Assembly (NCBI GenBank): GCA_002269645.1
Contig: NIVC01001654.1
Location: 186,001 to 250,000, forward strand
From: Macrostomum lignano
Lineage: Eukaryota
Length of the DNA: 64,000 nt
Reading direction: 5' to 3'
Position 1 is the first letter of the stretch. Every line of letters starts with the position of its first letter. Both the position numbers and the translations under genes were made by a program. This document shows, piece after piece, positions 61,915-64,000 of the stretch. Below the pieces are notes generated by a model that did not search any database, was not told the origin of the DNA, and saw nothing but the letters and a program-made list of their open reading frames with translations.

Positions 61915-62226
61915 TCTCGTCTATTTTTAATAGCACCAAAATGAATTCCCCGCGCTCTTTGGGATTTGTCCCGAGCTCAATAGGTATTGTATTGGAGTGA
62001 TTCTTTCTTTTTTCTCCCATTTAAATCCTATTTTCCAAAACTCTTGAAGTATAATATGATTTTTTAATAACTTAATTAATTCTTGAAGCTTCTTATTATC
62101 CTGAACATTTACAGTACTAAATAAAAATTTGGTATGAGATTTGAATGTTTTTATATTTGATTCTTGTTTAGGAATAGGAATAATAACATTATTTTGCCGC
62201 ATCGATGGAGTTCTACTAAAAGCCAT
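61901..62226 (-). CDS. Viral hypothetical protein (one 1-nt frameshift)
   Basis: TATAAAATG start; the repaired frame ends GEFILVLLKIDENVGI*. Confidence 0.5.
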
Positions 62227-62256
62227 TTTATATAAAATATTTTATATATAAATATT

Positions 62257-64000
62257 TTATATTTGAGTAGGAGGTTTTTCCAAATAAGCAGTAGAGGGAA
62301 AAACATAACCAAACGACGTACTACCACATACAACTGCACCACGAATAAAATGTGCAGCATCCGCTCCACCAGTTCGAGCACCAAAACCCATAAGGGTTCC
62401 AGATTTATCTAAAGTTCCCCAAGTTCCACTATCATATGTGAAAACGTTCTGTCCAATGAGGGTAAAAGAATCACCAGCAACATTGTATGACTGTAATCGG
62501 TACCAAACCCTTTGATTTAAAATATTAACTTCAAATAAATGCCAATCACCGTTATCAATATTAGCATAGGCTACAGTTTGATCCGCATCACTACTAACAT
62601 CGTTACGAACCGTAGATCCGTCTGATTTTTTATTACTCCAAACAACTCCAAACCTATCAGTCCACTCACTAGCAAACACTATCAGCCCGGCGTCGGTTGA
62701 TAATCCAGTTCCAAATTCCGATGTTGGACGTTCGTGACATATGCATAAAACCAAACCGCATCTGCACCATCTCCTGTAGAATTAGCAACTCGGAAAAAGA
62801 AAGACGCAGATATATTTTGAAAATGTGTGAAATTGAATTGTAAAGCACCACTTACTCCAGAAGTTTCACGAGTAATTCTAGCGCCGTTTTGATAATCGAT
62901 ATAAGAAGCATCGCTAATTAAAGAACCGACTGGATATATATCTCCGGCGGTTGTTGGATTTTGATATCCAGACCAATTGCAAATTACTGGTTCGAACAAG
63001 GCCGCATCAATAGCAGGTATTCCATCCAATTTATTTTTATCGCTTCCAGACATTCTACCATTTGATGTTGGAGTAGCTAGCTGATCTACGTACGCTCGCG
63101 GAACTGCAGAAAGTATTTGAGTTGGCCAATTAAGATCTTGAATTTCAACACGGTGTTCAAATAATTGTATTTGACGAACCTCGATAGGTTGTGTACCGGT
63201 ACCACCAGTTGGGAAGAATACGCTATAATATTTCCAAAAATTAGTCGTTAAATTAGATAGAGCAAATGATGTTGCTTGAACTGGTGATCCCGACGTAGTT
63301 AATGTCGTCCATGAATCGGTAGCAACATTTTTTGCGCGAACCGACCACCCCGAGGGTATCTCAATTGTTTCACTGCCTGTAATTCTTAATTCAAATATTC
63401 TTCTATTATAACCTAAAAATTCAAATTGAATTTCCATATTGGTTGTGGTTCCGGTATTTGGTGACCATTGTGTCGCAAGGCTTCCATCTCCAACTCGAAA
63501 AGCTGTGTTGCCATTTTCAGATGCTGTAAGAACAACATCAGGATTTGAAGTATTTGATGTAAGCGGCGTGGTAAAAATATCGGCGTCGGTTGCATTAGCT
63601 CGCTCGTTTACTTGGCCTAGAGTTATCGAGTCTGCGTTCTCTGTTCCAAATAATAAATTTGTTAATTTAAAATTATTCATATTAATATTCCACTACGAGT
63701 GGCAACTTGATTATCGACATAGTTCTTATCAACCACTGAATCACTAGTTGTAATTGAAACATTTATAATTCGGTTGTTGCTCATATCTAGGTTTCCGGTT
63801 GCGGTGGTTTGAACATAACGTGAATCAGAATCAGTTCGAGAATAAGAATCAGTTACATCTCTTTTTAAATTTAATCCATTATCAACTTCGGTTTTGGTAT
63901 AAGAATCGGCTACGTTCCGTTTCAAATTTAATGAATTATCAACTTCGGTTTTGGTATAAGAATCAGTTATATCTCTTTTAAATTTAATGAATTATCAACC
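62257..64000 (-). CDS. Viral fibre / receptor-binding protein with 19-aa shaft repeats, discoidin-like and L-type lectin-like domains (5' end outside the window; two 1-nt frameshifts)
   Basis: YTKTEVDNxLNLKR x3 (57-bp repeat), GNLDMSNNRIINV...KNYVD, GDGSLATQW...WSVRA..WTTL (F5/8C-like), ATPTSNGRMSGSDKNKLDGI, F.F...GDGADAVWF (ConA/legume lectin-like). Confidence 0.7.

Larger units (their letters stand above)
53918..64000. mobile_element. Polinton/Maverick (adintovirus-like) endogenous virus, left portion
   Basis: AGTAGT terminus, abrupt switch to AT-rich gene-dense DNA, pPolB, pX-like and fibre genes. Capsid, ATPase, protease and integrase are not in the window. Confidence 0.9.

Overview
Eukaryotic (metazoan) genomic DNA. 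It has GT-AG introns, a (TTAGGG)n tract and dense minisatellites; the style suggests a free-living flatworm such as Macrostomum, which is an unverified inference. The window has three zones. (1) 1-35.4 kb holds a segmentally duplicated cluster of minus-strand cGAS-like (Mab-21/cGLR) nucleotidyltransferase genes. One is a complete two-exon ankyrin-cGLR fusion of about 906 aa (15621-18785). A paralogous ankyrin exon at the left edge carries about 11 near-identical 33-aa repeats, against 2-3 in its sister. There is also an ankyrin-less copy and a partial tandem duplicate lacking the catalytic motifs. These are interspersed with about 18 minisatellites, a WSC-PAN secreted protein, hnRNP and GPCR remnants, and LINE and Gypsy fragments. 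(2) 36.2-53.9 kb is a nested mobile-element stack: a Polinton polB relic, then a foldback element with about 1.15-kb inverted arms. The left arm is split by three head-to-tail non-autonomous Helitrons (13.6 kb), each with a tRNA-like box and an internal ~22-bp satellite. (3) 53.9-64 kb is the left ~10 kb of an AT-rich Polinton/Maverick (adintovirus-like) endogenous virus. It has an AGTAGT terminus, pX-like core proteins, a protein-primed PolB and a lectin-tipped fibre. All 11 of its frameshifts are 1-nt deletions, so it is probably intact in vivo. The best candidate for a new system is the ankyrin-cGLR cluster as a family of variable-repeat innate sensors lying beside Polinton sequence.
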